A stretch of DNA of 24,000 bases from Cobetia sp. cqz5-12 (lineage in GTDB: Bacteria > Pseudomonadota > Gammaproteobacteria > Pseudomonadales > Halomonadaceae). A model generated the notes under the pieces. It made no database searches and had not been told where the DNA came from. It saw only the letters and a list, made by a program, of their open reading frames with translations. Location of the stretch: NCBI RefSeq assembly GCF_016495405.1, contig NZ_CP044522.1, positions 2,237,876 through 2,261,875 of the forward strand, read 5' to 3'. Position numbers and translations under genes: made by a program. Below, one piece after another: positions 7,370 through 14,925 of this stretch. Numbering within the stretch: position 1 is the stretch's first letter; the number at the start of each line of letters is the position of its first letter.

Positions 7370-8983
7370 TTATATTTCCTGTTCGAGCAGATCGGCAATA
7401 CGCAGAGACAACGCCGCGATGGTCAGGGTGCAATTGACCGACCCGACGGTGGGCATGCTGCCGGAGCTGGCGACAAACAGATTGTCATGGCCATGCACTC
7501 GGCAATCGCGATCCACCACGGAGTCTTTGGGGTTGTCTCCCATCAGGGTCGTACCGCAGATATGCTGGTTGTTGGAGTACTCATCACGAAACGCGATGTC
7601 GGTGCCTCCCATCAACTGAGCGATACGCGCATATTGTTCACGGGTATGCGCGGCGCTGCGTTTGACGTAATCATCGATAGCATAACGGAATTCCGGGCGC
7701 GGCAGGCCGAGGGCGTCACGTTTTTTTGACGGCGTGATGCGATTGGCAGCTTCCGGCAACAGCTCGTGGAAGCTGTCGAACTGCACATAACGGCTGGCGC
7801 GGTTATCGATCTGTGCCTGCAGTTCCGCGCCGAGCCTGAGCGGTGTTTCCGACAGCACCTCCGTGGTCATCTGCTGCGTGCGGGCAATATTGGACAGATG
7901 CAGCTTCTTGGACGCGAAGTCCTTGCGGAAGTCGCCGTCGCGCCAGGTGATGATCGAGGTCATCTCCTGAGGGCCTCGCCCAGCCCACAGCGGCTCATCG
8001 GCCAGAAAGCTCACCCCGGTGCCGGGATGGTCCATAAGATGCCGGCCGACCATGTCGTTCTGGTTACCCACCCCATCGGGGGTATGGGCATTGACCGACA
8101 TCTGCATCAGCTTGGGCGTCTCGATACCATTGGCCGCCAGCACCACCCGCGCCGCACTCAGGCGATGCTGCTTGCCGTCGGGGTCCAGATAGCGCACTTC
8201 ACGAATCTTGCCGCTGGCATCGCTTTCCAGGTGATGCACGATGGCATTGTCGATCAGCCGGGCACCGGCGCGCTCCGCCTTCTCGACATGGATGATGCCG
8301 GAATACATCGCCCCGATCGGACAGATGGGCATGCAGTTGTTGTTGCCGCAGCAGGTCGGCCGGTCATCATAGGGGCGGCTGTTGCGCGCCACCGGCTCGG
8401 TGACCATGTCGAAGCCGTGGGGATTGATGCGCTCGCTAACCCGCCGCTCGTTCCACGACAGCGGCAGAGGCGCCATCGGATACTCGGCGCTGCGCGGGCT
8501 GCCGAGATCGACATCATTCGGCCCCCAGACACCCAGCGCCACCTCGGCCCGGAAGTAATAGTCTTCCAGATCGTCATAGCCGATCGGCCAGTCGCGCCCG
8601 ACGCCATACTCGCTCTTGAGACGGAAATCGCTGGGCAGGAAGCGCCAGGCCGAGGCCGCCCAATGCCAGGTAGTACCGCCGACGGCGCGGATATACTGGG
8701 CGTCATAGGGCTGCTCGCCCTTCTGCACCAGATAGTCGGCATTCTCGCCGTAGAGCATCGGATGGGGCGCTGCCTTGCTGGCAGGATAGGGCCCCATGAA
8801 GTCCATCTTGTTGGCCTGGTTGCGGAAGCGCTCGACAATCTGCCAGCGCTGCATGCGCGGGCCTGCTTCCAGCATGATGACCGACTTGCCGGCCTCGGCC
8901 AGGCGATGTGCGATCAGGGCACCGGCGACACCAGACCCGACCACGATCACGTCGGCATCATACGAACGGGATTCCTCGGCCAT
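7370..8983 (-). CDS. FAD-dependent GMC-family oxidoreductase, large (catalytic) dehydrogenase subunit
   Basis: ATG 8983 is preceded by GAGGAG. Rossmann FAD motif DVIVVGSGVAGALIAHRLAEAG-x-V-x-MLEAG near the N-terminus. GMC C-terminal region HICGTTLMG...VVDRDCRVHGHDNLFVASSGSMPT. Confidence 0.9.
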   Translation of the reverse strand: MAEESRSYDADVIVVGSGVAGALIAHRLAEAGKSVIMLEAGPRMQRWQIVERFRNQANKMDFMGPYPASKAAPHPMLYGENADYLVQKGEQPYDAQYIRAVGGTTWHWAASAWRFLPSDFRLKSEYGVGRDWPIGYDDLEDYYFRAEVALGVWGPNDVDLGSPRSAEYPMAPLPLSWNERRVSERINPHGFDMVTEPVARNSRPYDDRPTCCGNNNCMPICPIGAMYSGIIHVEKAERAGARLIDNAIVHHLESDASGKIREVRYLDPDGKQHRLSAARVVLAANGIETPKLMQMSVNAHTPDGVGNQNDMVGRHLMDHPGTGVSFLADEPLWAGRGPQEMTSIITWRDGDFRKDFASKKLHLSNIARTQQMTTEVLSETPLRLGAELQAQIDNRASRYVQFDSFHELLPEAANRITPSKKRDALGLPRPEFRYAIDDYVKRSAAHTREQYARIAQLMGGTDIAFRDEYSNNQHICGTTLMGDNPKDSVVDRDCRVHGHDNLFVASSGSMPTVGSVNCTLTIAALSLRIADLLEQEI

Positions 8984-9137
8984 GCAGGATTCTCCTCGGG
9001 AAAAGGGTAACAGCAACGGGGCGGTCAGGACGCCCCTGAAAGGTCTGGCAGGCAAGCGATGTCAGAAGCCGAGGTCCAGGCACGGGGCCAAGGCCCGGCC
9101 ATCCACCACGCGCAAGCCTGGGGAAAAGCGTGGCCGC

Positions 9138-9686
9138 TCAGGCCTTGGGTGCCTCTGCCCAGAAGCCCGGACGATTGGGGCAATAGGTACGCACCACCTG
9201 CACATCGCGCGGCCCCGCATACATGCCAGCGCGTTCGAAGGCGATGACCTCGGCGGCAGGGTCACTAATCGACTTGCCAACCGTGCCCAGCATCCAGGCC
9301 TGCAAAAGACGTCGCACCAGCGCTATCTCGCCGTCGCTCAGGTCTTCCTTTTTCAGGTACTCTCGCGACTCGCCCAGGGCCAGCAAGCGGGTCTTGAGGT
9401 CCGGCAAGCTGCCGACGCCAGGCACTCCCTCGGCCGGAATTCTCGCCAGCGCCTCGAAATAGCGCTGACCCAGCCGCTCATCCAGTGTCTTGTCGCTGAG
9501 CAGCCAGCGCGACAGGGCCATGAACGTCGCGAAGGCACTGTCATCCTGCGTCTGTTGCTCGTCATCGACCATCTCGGCCAGGGCCTGAAGCGACAGGCCG
9601 CCGAACATGGCAATGCCTGCCCCACCGAGCCCCAGTTTCAATAGTTGGCGACGTGAAGAATCAGTAGCGCTCTGGGATGTCGACAT
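9138..9686 (-). CDS. Small (gamma) subunit of the dehydrogenase, with twin-arginine (TAT) signal
   Basis: ATG 9686 is preceded by GGGAGGG. N-terminus MSTSQSATDSSRRQLLKLGLGGAGIAMFGGLSLQALA is a TAT signal (SRRxLLK). First gene of the small-FAD-cytochrome c order typical of gluconate 2-dehydrogenase-like operons. Confidence 0.85.
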   Translation of the reverse strand: MSTSQSATDSSRRQLLKLGLGGAGIAMFGGLSLQALAEMVDDEQQTQDDSAFATFMALSRWLLSDKTLDERLGQRYFEALARIPAEGVPGVGSLPDLKTRLLALGESREYLKKEDLSDGEIALVRRLLQAWMLGTVGKSISDPAAEVIAFERAGMYAGPRDVQVVRTYCPNRPGFWAEAPKA

Positions 9687-10169
9687 GCGGCCCTCCCGGA
9701 CAATGAATGGTTCACCCGACGCCTGCGCAGCGTGCGCAAGGCGGTACTGCCACCTGAGCTGCATTCGAACAGCCCTCAGGCAAGTCTTGTGAGGTTGTGA
9801 ACAGCTCTTGAGCAGCCCTTGCACAGGGTTTGATGAACAGCATGGTAACAAGCGCCGTTACGTTATAGACAAACGTATAATGAACAAGGAGTTCCTTTTT
9901 TAGCAACTCCAGAGTCATGCTTTGCGCAACCCAGTCAGTCCACAGGCAAACGCGTCCTGTTGGCCTACTTACAAGAGTCGGTGGAAACCGCGAAAGTTAC
10001 CAGCGGATGCCGATGCCTGACGCGAAAGTCACACTCGCCTGCCTAGCGCTCGCTGGCAGTTCCCTGACTGTGCTCGGCGCAGTAGGATGTGGGGCAAAGG
10101 CAGCCGGTGTCGCCAGACCGACTCGCTCACGAGCTGCCCACCATTCGACGACTTCAGGGAAGACTCGCC

Positions 10170-10712
10170 ATGCTTCGTCACTTGCGTACTCCGCTCGCTC
10201 TGCTCATGTGTACCGCCGTTCTTGCCGGGTGTGAAAGCGCCTCGCGCATGGCTGACAGCATTTCACTGCCGGACTTCGGCTCCTCCTCCCGGACCGAACA
10301 GGATGAGCAGCGCGTCCAGCGTAGCGTCGCCTTCCCGGAGGCGGAGTACGCCAAGCTCGACAAGACCGGCACCTCGGTGATCAAGGGCCGCATGTCCTAC
10401 GACTGGCAGGGCCAGACGATCTACGCCAACCGGGCAGGCATCTCGATCGCGCCGGTCACCACCTACTCCGCAGAAGCGGCGGAACTGGCGCTGGCAGGCA
10501 AGACGGCGTCTCGTGCCGATCCCCGTGCCCAGGCCTACACCCACCTCGTGCGCACTGACAGCAATGGCTACTTCACTGCCACTGGCCTGCCCTCCGGCAC
10601 CTTCTATGTCGCCGGTGTCATCCAGTTGCCGGACGGCACACGCAGCCCGCTGATTCTCAGTCAGGTGCAGGTGGGCAGTGGCCAGACCCGCGACATCGAG
10701 CTGAGCCGCTGA
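10170..10712 (+). CDS. Lipoprotein with carboxypeptidase-regulatory-like (beta-sandwich) C-terminal region
   Basis: Trimmed to ATG 10170. MLRHLRTPLALLMCTAVLAGC is a lipobox (LAG/C). The C-terminal TDSNGYFTATGLPSGTFYVAGVIQLPDG resembles CarboxypepD_reg-type domains. Confidence 0.7.
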   Translation: MLRHLRTPLALLMCTAVLAGCESASRMADSISLPDFGSSSRTEQDEQRVQRSVAFPEAEYAKLDKTGTSVIKGRMSYDWQGQTIYANRAGISIAPVTTYSAEAAELALAGKTASRADPRAQAYTHLVRTDSNGYFTATGLPSGTFYVAGVIQLPDGTRSPLILSQVQVGSGQTRDIELSR

Positions 10713-10776
10713 CGGCCTGCATTTTTCTTTTGCTCTGCTTGCTGCCCTTGGACCGCCGGATGAAGGCCACCGCACC

Positions 10777-11511
10777 ATGACGACGCTTTCGCTGCGCGCC
10801 TATACCCCGCAGGCCACGGTTCACGACCACGACCACCACCAGCTGGTGCTGCCGATCCGCGGCCATCTCGATATCCAGGTCGGCAGCCATCACGGCACCG
10901 TGGTCACCGGCGAGTGCGTCATCATTCGCCCAGGAGAGTCACACCTGTTTCATGCCAAGGACGCCGCGCGTTTCATCGTGGCAGACCTGGACTACCTGCC
11001 CGACAATCTCGCGGCGTCGCAACGCGTGGTGTTCTCAATCAGCACCCTGCTGATGAACTACCTGCTGTTTCTCGAAGCCCAGCTGCAGGGCGAGGTCGAC
11101 AAGCACATCAATCAGCTGTCCATCGCGCTGTTTCTCGGCCTGTTGGAGAAGCAGACCTGTGATCAACGTGTCGATCGTCGTCTACTCAGAGTGCTCGACA
11201 TCATGAATGCGCAGCTTGAGCAGCCCCACGACGTAGCATCACTGGCCAGGCTCGCCCACCTGAGCCCGACCCAGTTTCACAAGGTGTTCCGCGACAATCT
11301 GGGCGTCAGCGTCAAGCAGTACCTGACCGCGAGACGCATGGAGCGCGCGCGGGCACAGTTGATCCATACCGATCTCAGCGTCCAGCAGGTCGCCGAGGCC
11401 GTCGGCTATCAAAACCTTTCCGCCTTCTCACGGCGCTTTTCCTGCTACTTCGGCCAGTCCCCGCGCGAGATGACGCGCCAGTATTCGAGTCTCACTCCCG
11501 CGAATGACTGA
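10777..11511 (+). CDS. AraC-family transcriptional regulator (cupin-like N-domain plus double HTH)
   Basis: C-terminal SLARLAHLSPTQFHKVFRDNLGVSVKQYLTARRMERARAQLIHTDLSVQQVAEAVGYQNLSAFSRRFSCYFGQSPREM is the canonical AraC/XylS HTH pair. Confidence 0.9.
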   Translation: MTTLSLRAYTPQATVHDHDHHQLVLPIRGHLDIQVGSHHGTVVTGECVIIRPGESHLFHAKDAARFIVADLDYLPDNLAASQRVVFSISTLLMNYLLFLEAQLQGEVDKHINQLSIALFLGLLEKQTCDQRVDRRLLRVLDIMNAQLEQPHDVASLARLAHLSPTQFHKVFRDNLGVSVKQYLTARRMERARAQLIHTDLSVQQVAEAVGYQNLSAFSRRFSCYFGQSPREMTRQYSSLTPAND

Positions 11512-11701
11512 ATGAGCGACTGACTCGATCATCTGGACGACCGATTGAGTCCCCGAACCCGGCAGTCAATCACCGCACTCTGGCGGTCCATGACGTTTTG
11601 CTTCTCCTGGCAGAACAGAGCGTAGTTTCAGCACAATATATTCTCGCGATGAGGCGTAATCTCGTGCACACCGAGACACACTTCATTGCGAGCCATCCAC
11701 C

Positions 11702-12829
11702 ATGCAGCACTCCTTCTCCCGGACGCCCTTCCGCCCAGCGCTGGAACGCCAGATCGGCAACCTTTCCGTCCTCACGGCCGCCCTGCTATGGGGCACGACC
11801 GGCACCGCCGCCCACTTCAATCAGGATGTCAGCCCGTTGGCCACCGGCGCCTTCGCCATGGGCTTTGGCGGCATTCTGCAGGCCGTGCTGTCGCGACGAA
11901 TCCTTCATGCGGAACTGGCCGCCCTGCTGGTCCACAAGCATCTCGTGCTGTGGGCAGCGCTGTTCATCATCGTCTACCCGCTAGCGTTCTATTCGGCCAT
12001 GGAATACACCGGCGTCGCGATGGGCACCGTGATCACCATCGCCACGGCGCCGTTGGCGGCGGCGGTGCTGGAATATGTGCTGGATCGCAAGCGCGTCAGT
12101 GCGCACTGGTACGCGGCGCTGATACTGGGCATGGCCGGCGTGGGGCTGATGGCGATGGGCGAGACACGTCTGGCAGATACGGCGGCGCACGCCACTGCCA
12201 GCGGCGTTGCCAGCGAGAGCCGCAAGCTCATCGGTATCGGGCTGGGCGTGCTGGCCGGCGCGAGCTACGCCACCTATTCGCTGCTTGCCAGACGCATGAT
12301 GCTGCTGGGCGTCCATCGCCGCGCGGCCATGGGGGCGATGTTCGGCTGTGCCGGCGTCGTATTGTTGATCGGCCTGGCCATCAGCTGCCTGTTCCTCGAT
12401 CCGCGCCTGTTCGCCACGCCGATGAATTCGGCGGTCGCCATCTACATGGCGCTGATCCCGATGCTGCTGGCCAGCCTCATCTTCGGGCGCGGGCTCGCCA
12501 GCGTGCCCATCAGCCGGGTGACGGTTCTGACCATGTTCGAGCCACTGGTGGCGGGCCTGCTGGCCGTCATCGTCGTCGGCGAGCAGTTCACGCTGATGGG
12601 GGCCATCGGCATGGTGCTGATCATGACCTGCCTGATGCTGCAACTGCGTCCGCAGGCAACGCAGGCGTCGATGGCCAGCCCGCAGGCAGACCTCGCGGCC
12701 TGGACGACGCCAGACACCGCCTCCGACGCTCTGGTTGAGACACAAGGCGACACGGCCTGTTGGGGTGAGCGTGAATCGTGGAGCGATAACGACCAAGGAT
12801 CGCCGCCATGGCATCGTCACGACGCCTGA
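11702..12829 (+). CDS. EamA/DMT-family transporter (paralog 1, with ~65-aa C-terminal soluble extension)
   Basis: 10-TM-like hydrophobic profile with a duplicated EamA architecture. About half of the alignable residues match the next gene (by-eye alignment), including the identical block ALLWGTTGTAAHFNQDVSPLATGAFAMG. Confidence 0.85.
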   Translation: MQHSFSRTPFRPALERQIGNLSVLTAALLWGTTGTAAHFNQDVSPLATGAFAMGFGGILQAVLSRRILHAELAALLVHKHLVLWAALFIIVYPLAFYSAMEYTGVAMGTVITIATAPLAAAVLEYVLDRKRVSAHWYAALILGMAGVGLMAMGETRLADTAAHATASGVASESRKLIGIGLGVLAGASYATYSLLARRMMLLGVHRRAAMGAMFGCAGVVLLIGLAISCLFLDPRLFATPMNSAVAIYMALIPMLLASLIFGRGLASVPISRVTVLTMFEPLVAGLLAVIVVGEQFTLMGAIGMVLIMTCLMLQLRPQATQASMASPQADLAAWTTPDTASDALVETQGDTACWGERESWSDNDQGSPPWHRHDA

Positions 12830-13001
12830 CGGCAATGAGGGTAATGAGGGAATTGGTGGCAAGCCACGTTGGACGCACTGAGCGGCAGCCAGCTGGCGTG
12901 ACGCATCACCTGGCCGAAAGTGGTTTCAGCACACTTTCTCCAGGACTCATGCCGCGACTGAAAACGGCCACAGGATTGGCAAGACACGCAAGGACATCAC
13001 C

Positions 13002-14000
13002 ATGACAACCACTCGCTCCGATATCGCGGCCTCTTCAAGGTCGACCGACATGGGTAGCTTGGCCGTTCTGTTTGCCGCGCTGCTGTGGGGCACCACCGGC
13101 ACGGCGGCCCACTTCAATCAGGATGTCAGTCCGTTGGCGACCGGCGCCTTCGCCATGGGCGTCGGCGGCCTGCTTCAGGCAGTGATCGCACGGCCCAATA
13201 TCATCGGCTGCCTGGGCCTGTTGATGGCGCAGAAGGGCCGGGTATTGCTTGGCGCTGTGTGTGTCGTCATCTACCCGCTGGCCTTCTATTCCTCCATGCA
13301 CCTGGCGGGTGTCGCCATCGGCACGGTGATCACCATCGCCACGGCGCCACTGGCCGCGGCGATTCTCGAGCGCCTGTTCGGCCACCACCGACTCACGCTG
13401 AGCTGGTACATCAGCCTCGCGCTGGGCATTGCCGGTGTGGTGATGGTGGCGATGGGCGAAACGGCCACTCATGGCGGGGACATTGCCGCGGTCAGCGCCG
13501 CTGGAGACCCGATGGCGGCAGGGTCAGGGAGCGTGCCTGACGCTGACTGGCAACGTCTGGCCGGCATCGTGCTGGGCATCATCGCCGGAACCACTTACGC
13601 CGCCTATTCGCTGATCGCCCGTCGCATGATGGACCACGGCACCCACGCCCGCGCGGCCATGGGCAGCCTATTCGGTGTTGCCGGTATCGCGCTGATCGCA
13701 GGCCTGGGCGTGAGCATGCTGGTGGCAGACCCGCGCCTGTTCGCGACGCCCGGCAACACGACGGTCGCGCTCTATATGGCGTTGGTGCCGATGTTCCTCG
13801 GCTATCTCGCCTTCGGCTATGGCCTCAAGACCGTCGCCGCCAGCAAGGCCACCCTGCTGACACTGTTCGAACCGCTGGTCGCCGCGCTGCTCGCCGTGAC
13901 CATCGTCGGGGAACATATCGCTCCGCTCGGCTGGCTCGGCATGGTGCTGATCGCTGTCTGTCTGGTGATTCAGGTGAAGCCGAAACGATCTGAAGAATGA
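13002..14000 (+). CDS. EamA/DMT-family transporter (paralog 2)
   Basis: ATG 13002 follows AAGGA by 7 nt. 332 aa with a polytopic profile, colinear with paralog 1. Confidence 0.9.
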   Translation: MTTTRSDIAASSRSTDMGSLAVLFAALLWGTTGTAAHFNQDVSPLATGAFAMGVGGLLQAVIARPNIIGCLGLLMAQKGRVLLGAVCVVIYPLAFYSSMHLAGVAIGTVITIATAPLAAAILERLFGHHRLTLSWYISLALGIAGVVMVAMGETATHGGDIAAVSAAGDPMAAGSGSVPDADWQRLAGIVLGIIAGTTYAAYSLIARRMMDHGTHARAAMGSLFGVAGIALIAGLGVSMLVADPRLFATPGNTTVALYMALVPMFLGYLAFGYGLKTVAASKATLLTLFEPLVAALLAVTIVGEHIAPLGWLGMVLIAVCLVIQVKPKRSEE

Positions 14001-14018
14001 CTGAAGCCTGAATGACAG

Positions 14019-14051
14019 AAAGCCCCAGCCTGATCCTCAGGCTGGGGCTTT
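14019..14051. terminator. Hairpin terminator between convergent EamA-2 and higA
   Basis: Perfect 15-bp stem AAAGCCCCAGCCTGA / TCAGGCTGGGGCTTT with a 3-nt loop. Moderately U-rich tails on both strands. Confidence 0.75.
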
Positions 14052-14119
14052 CTGTGTTACTGGACATCAACTCTCGGCCTCACGCCATTCCGATCTCTCG
14101 CCGTGAAGCGCGCGTGACG

Positions 14120-14449
14120 TCAATGCGAGGCAAGCTCGGCGGCATCGACCTGTGGTGTTATGCGACGCACGCCCTTGGCATCCTGCGCGTAGGCACGATG
14201 ACGCACATCCCAGAGCTCCACGGCATGCTGAATGTTGAGCCAGAACTCCGGCGTATTGCCTAACGCAGCCGCCAGCTTGATAGCCATCGGGGCCGTCAAG
14301 GTGCCCTTGTCATGCACGATACGACTCAGGGTATTTCTGTGCACTCCCATCGCCTCGGCCAGGGTGCGGATGTCGATGTCCATCGGCTCCAGAAACTCTG
14401 CCGCCAACATCTCGCCTACCGTCAGTGGGCGCCGCTGGGTATTTCTCAT
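14120..14449 (-). CDS. higA: HigA-family antitoxin (XRE-type HTH)
   Basis: Trimmed to ATG 14449. MRNTQRRPLTVGEMLAAEFLEPMDIDIRTLAEAMGVHRNTLSRIVHDKGTLTAPMAIKLAAALGNTPEFWLNIQ is the canonical HigA/VapI addiction-module antidote sequence. Lies 14 nt downstream of higB. Confidence 0.9.
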   Translation of the reverse strand: MRNTQRRPLTVGEMLAAEFLEPMDIDIRTLAEAMGVHRNTLSRIVHDKGTLTAPMAIKLAAALGNTPEFWLNIQHAVELWDVRHRAYAQDAKGVRRITPQVDAAELASH

Positions 14450-14463
14450 CACTGCTACCTCCT

Positions 14464-14757
14464 CTAGCCCTTGTAAGCATGCGGGTCTAGATATGTTTGA
14501 TGGGCAATCCCTGCCTCCCATCGAAAGATGAGCCGATACTGCCTGTTGACGCGAATCGCGCAATAACCTGCGAGATTGCCCTGTAGATGCTCGAAACGAT
14601 TGCCTGGCGGAATCCTCAAATCAGACTCCTGGCTTGCGGCATCGAGAATCTGCAACTTGCGATAGAGCGAACTTGAGAGCGCCGCAGGTATCTTGCGGTG
14701 GCCAACATCTTGCTCGTAGAAGCTCTCGAGCCACTCATCCCTGAATTCCACCGCCAT
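14464..14757 (-). CDS. higB: HigB-family toxin (RelE/ParE superfamily, plasmid-maintenance killer protein)
   Basis: Trimmed to ATG 14757 (AGGTG lies 5 nt upstream). FRDEWLESFYEQDVGHRKIPAALSSSLYRKLQILDAASQESDLRIPPGNRFEHLQGNLAGYCAIRVNRQYRLIFRW matches the HigB pattern. The toxin-first gene order is typical of higBA. Confidence 0.9.
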   Translation of the reverse strand: MAVEFRDEWLESFYEQDVGHRKIPAALSSSLYRKLQILDAASQESDLRIPPGNRFEHLQGNLAGYCAIRVNRQYRLIFRWEAGIAHQTYLDPHAYKG

Positions 14758-14776
14758 GGCAGCACCTTTTTCCCTC

Positions 14777-14805
14777 ATTCTATGCACAACCATGTTGTGC
14801 ATCAA
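14777..14805 (-). promoter_or_regulatory. Predicted sigma-70 promoter of higBA with an embedded palindromic operator
   Basis: The minus strand reads TTGATG-17 nt-TAGAAT (-35 at 14805-14800, -10 at 14782-14777). The spacer and both boxes are covered by the perfect 9-3-9 inverted repeat ATGCACAAC-CAT-GTTGTGCAT (14782-14802). Confidence 0.6.
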
Positions 14806-14852
14806 GTGACTCTCCCCTGAGGTGGCTCTCCCCTGACGCTTCTTCACACATG

Positions 14853-14886
14853 AAAAACGCCCAACGAGTCCAGGACTCGTTGGGCG
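14853..14886 (-). terminator. Rho-independent terminator after the NCS1 permease gene
   Basis: 14-nt arms CGCCCAACGAGTCC / GGACTCGTTGGGCG with only 1 nt between them, so the innermost pairs must open to form the loop. On the minus strand the stem is followed by TTTTT (plus-strand AAAAA 14853-14857). Confidence 0.8.
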
Positions 14887-14925
14887 CTTCGTATGCCTCT
14901 ACCCTTCACATCAGCGCTCAGCGAC

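Noticed and set aside
5769-9010. Long + strand ORFs (5769..6434, 6435..7619, 7766..9010) opposite the dehydrogenase operon
   Set aside because: These are typical high-GC antisense frames that stay open because GC3-rich codons avoid stops on the complement. The translations are Arg/Gly/Ala/His-rich with no motifs. The minus-strand genes have FAD, heme and TAT signatures.
9841-9912. GTAAC-N7-GTTAC inverted repeat, a TATAAT box and a GGAGTT...AACTCC hairpin in the AT-rich spacer upstream of the dehydrogenase operon
   Set aside because: It is plausibly the promoter/operator region. However, the half-sites are short (5-6 bp), match no operator consensus I can name, and have no adjacent regulator. 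Not specific enough to call.
11686-12862. Alternative-frame and antisense ORFs over EamA paralog 1 (11686..12738 +, 11981..12862 -), plus similar ones over paralog 2, the NCS1 gene (14893..15714 +, 15212..15922 -) and 4140..4859 -
   Set aside because: Arg/Gly/His/Asp-rich low-complexity translations. The chosen frames give membrane-protein profiles with family motifs.
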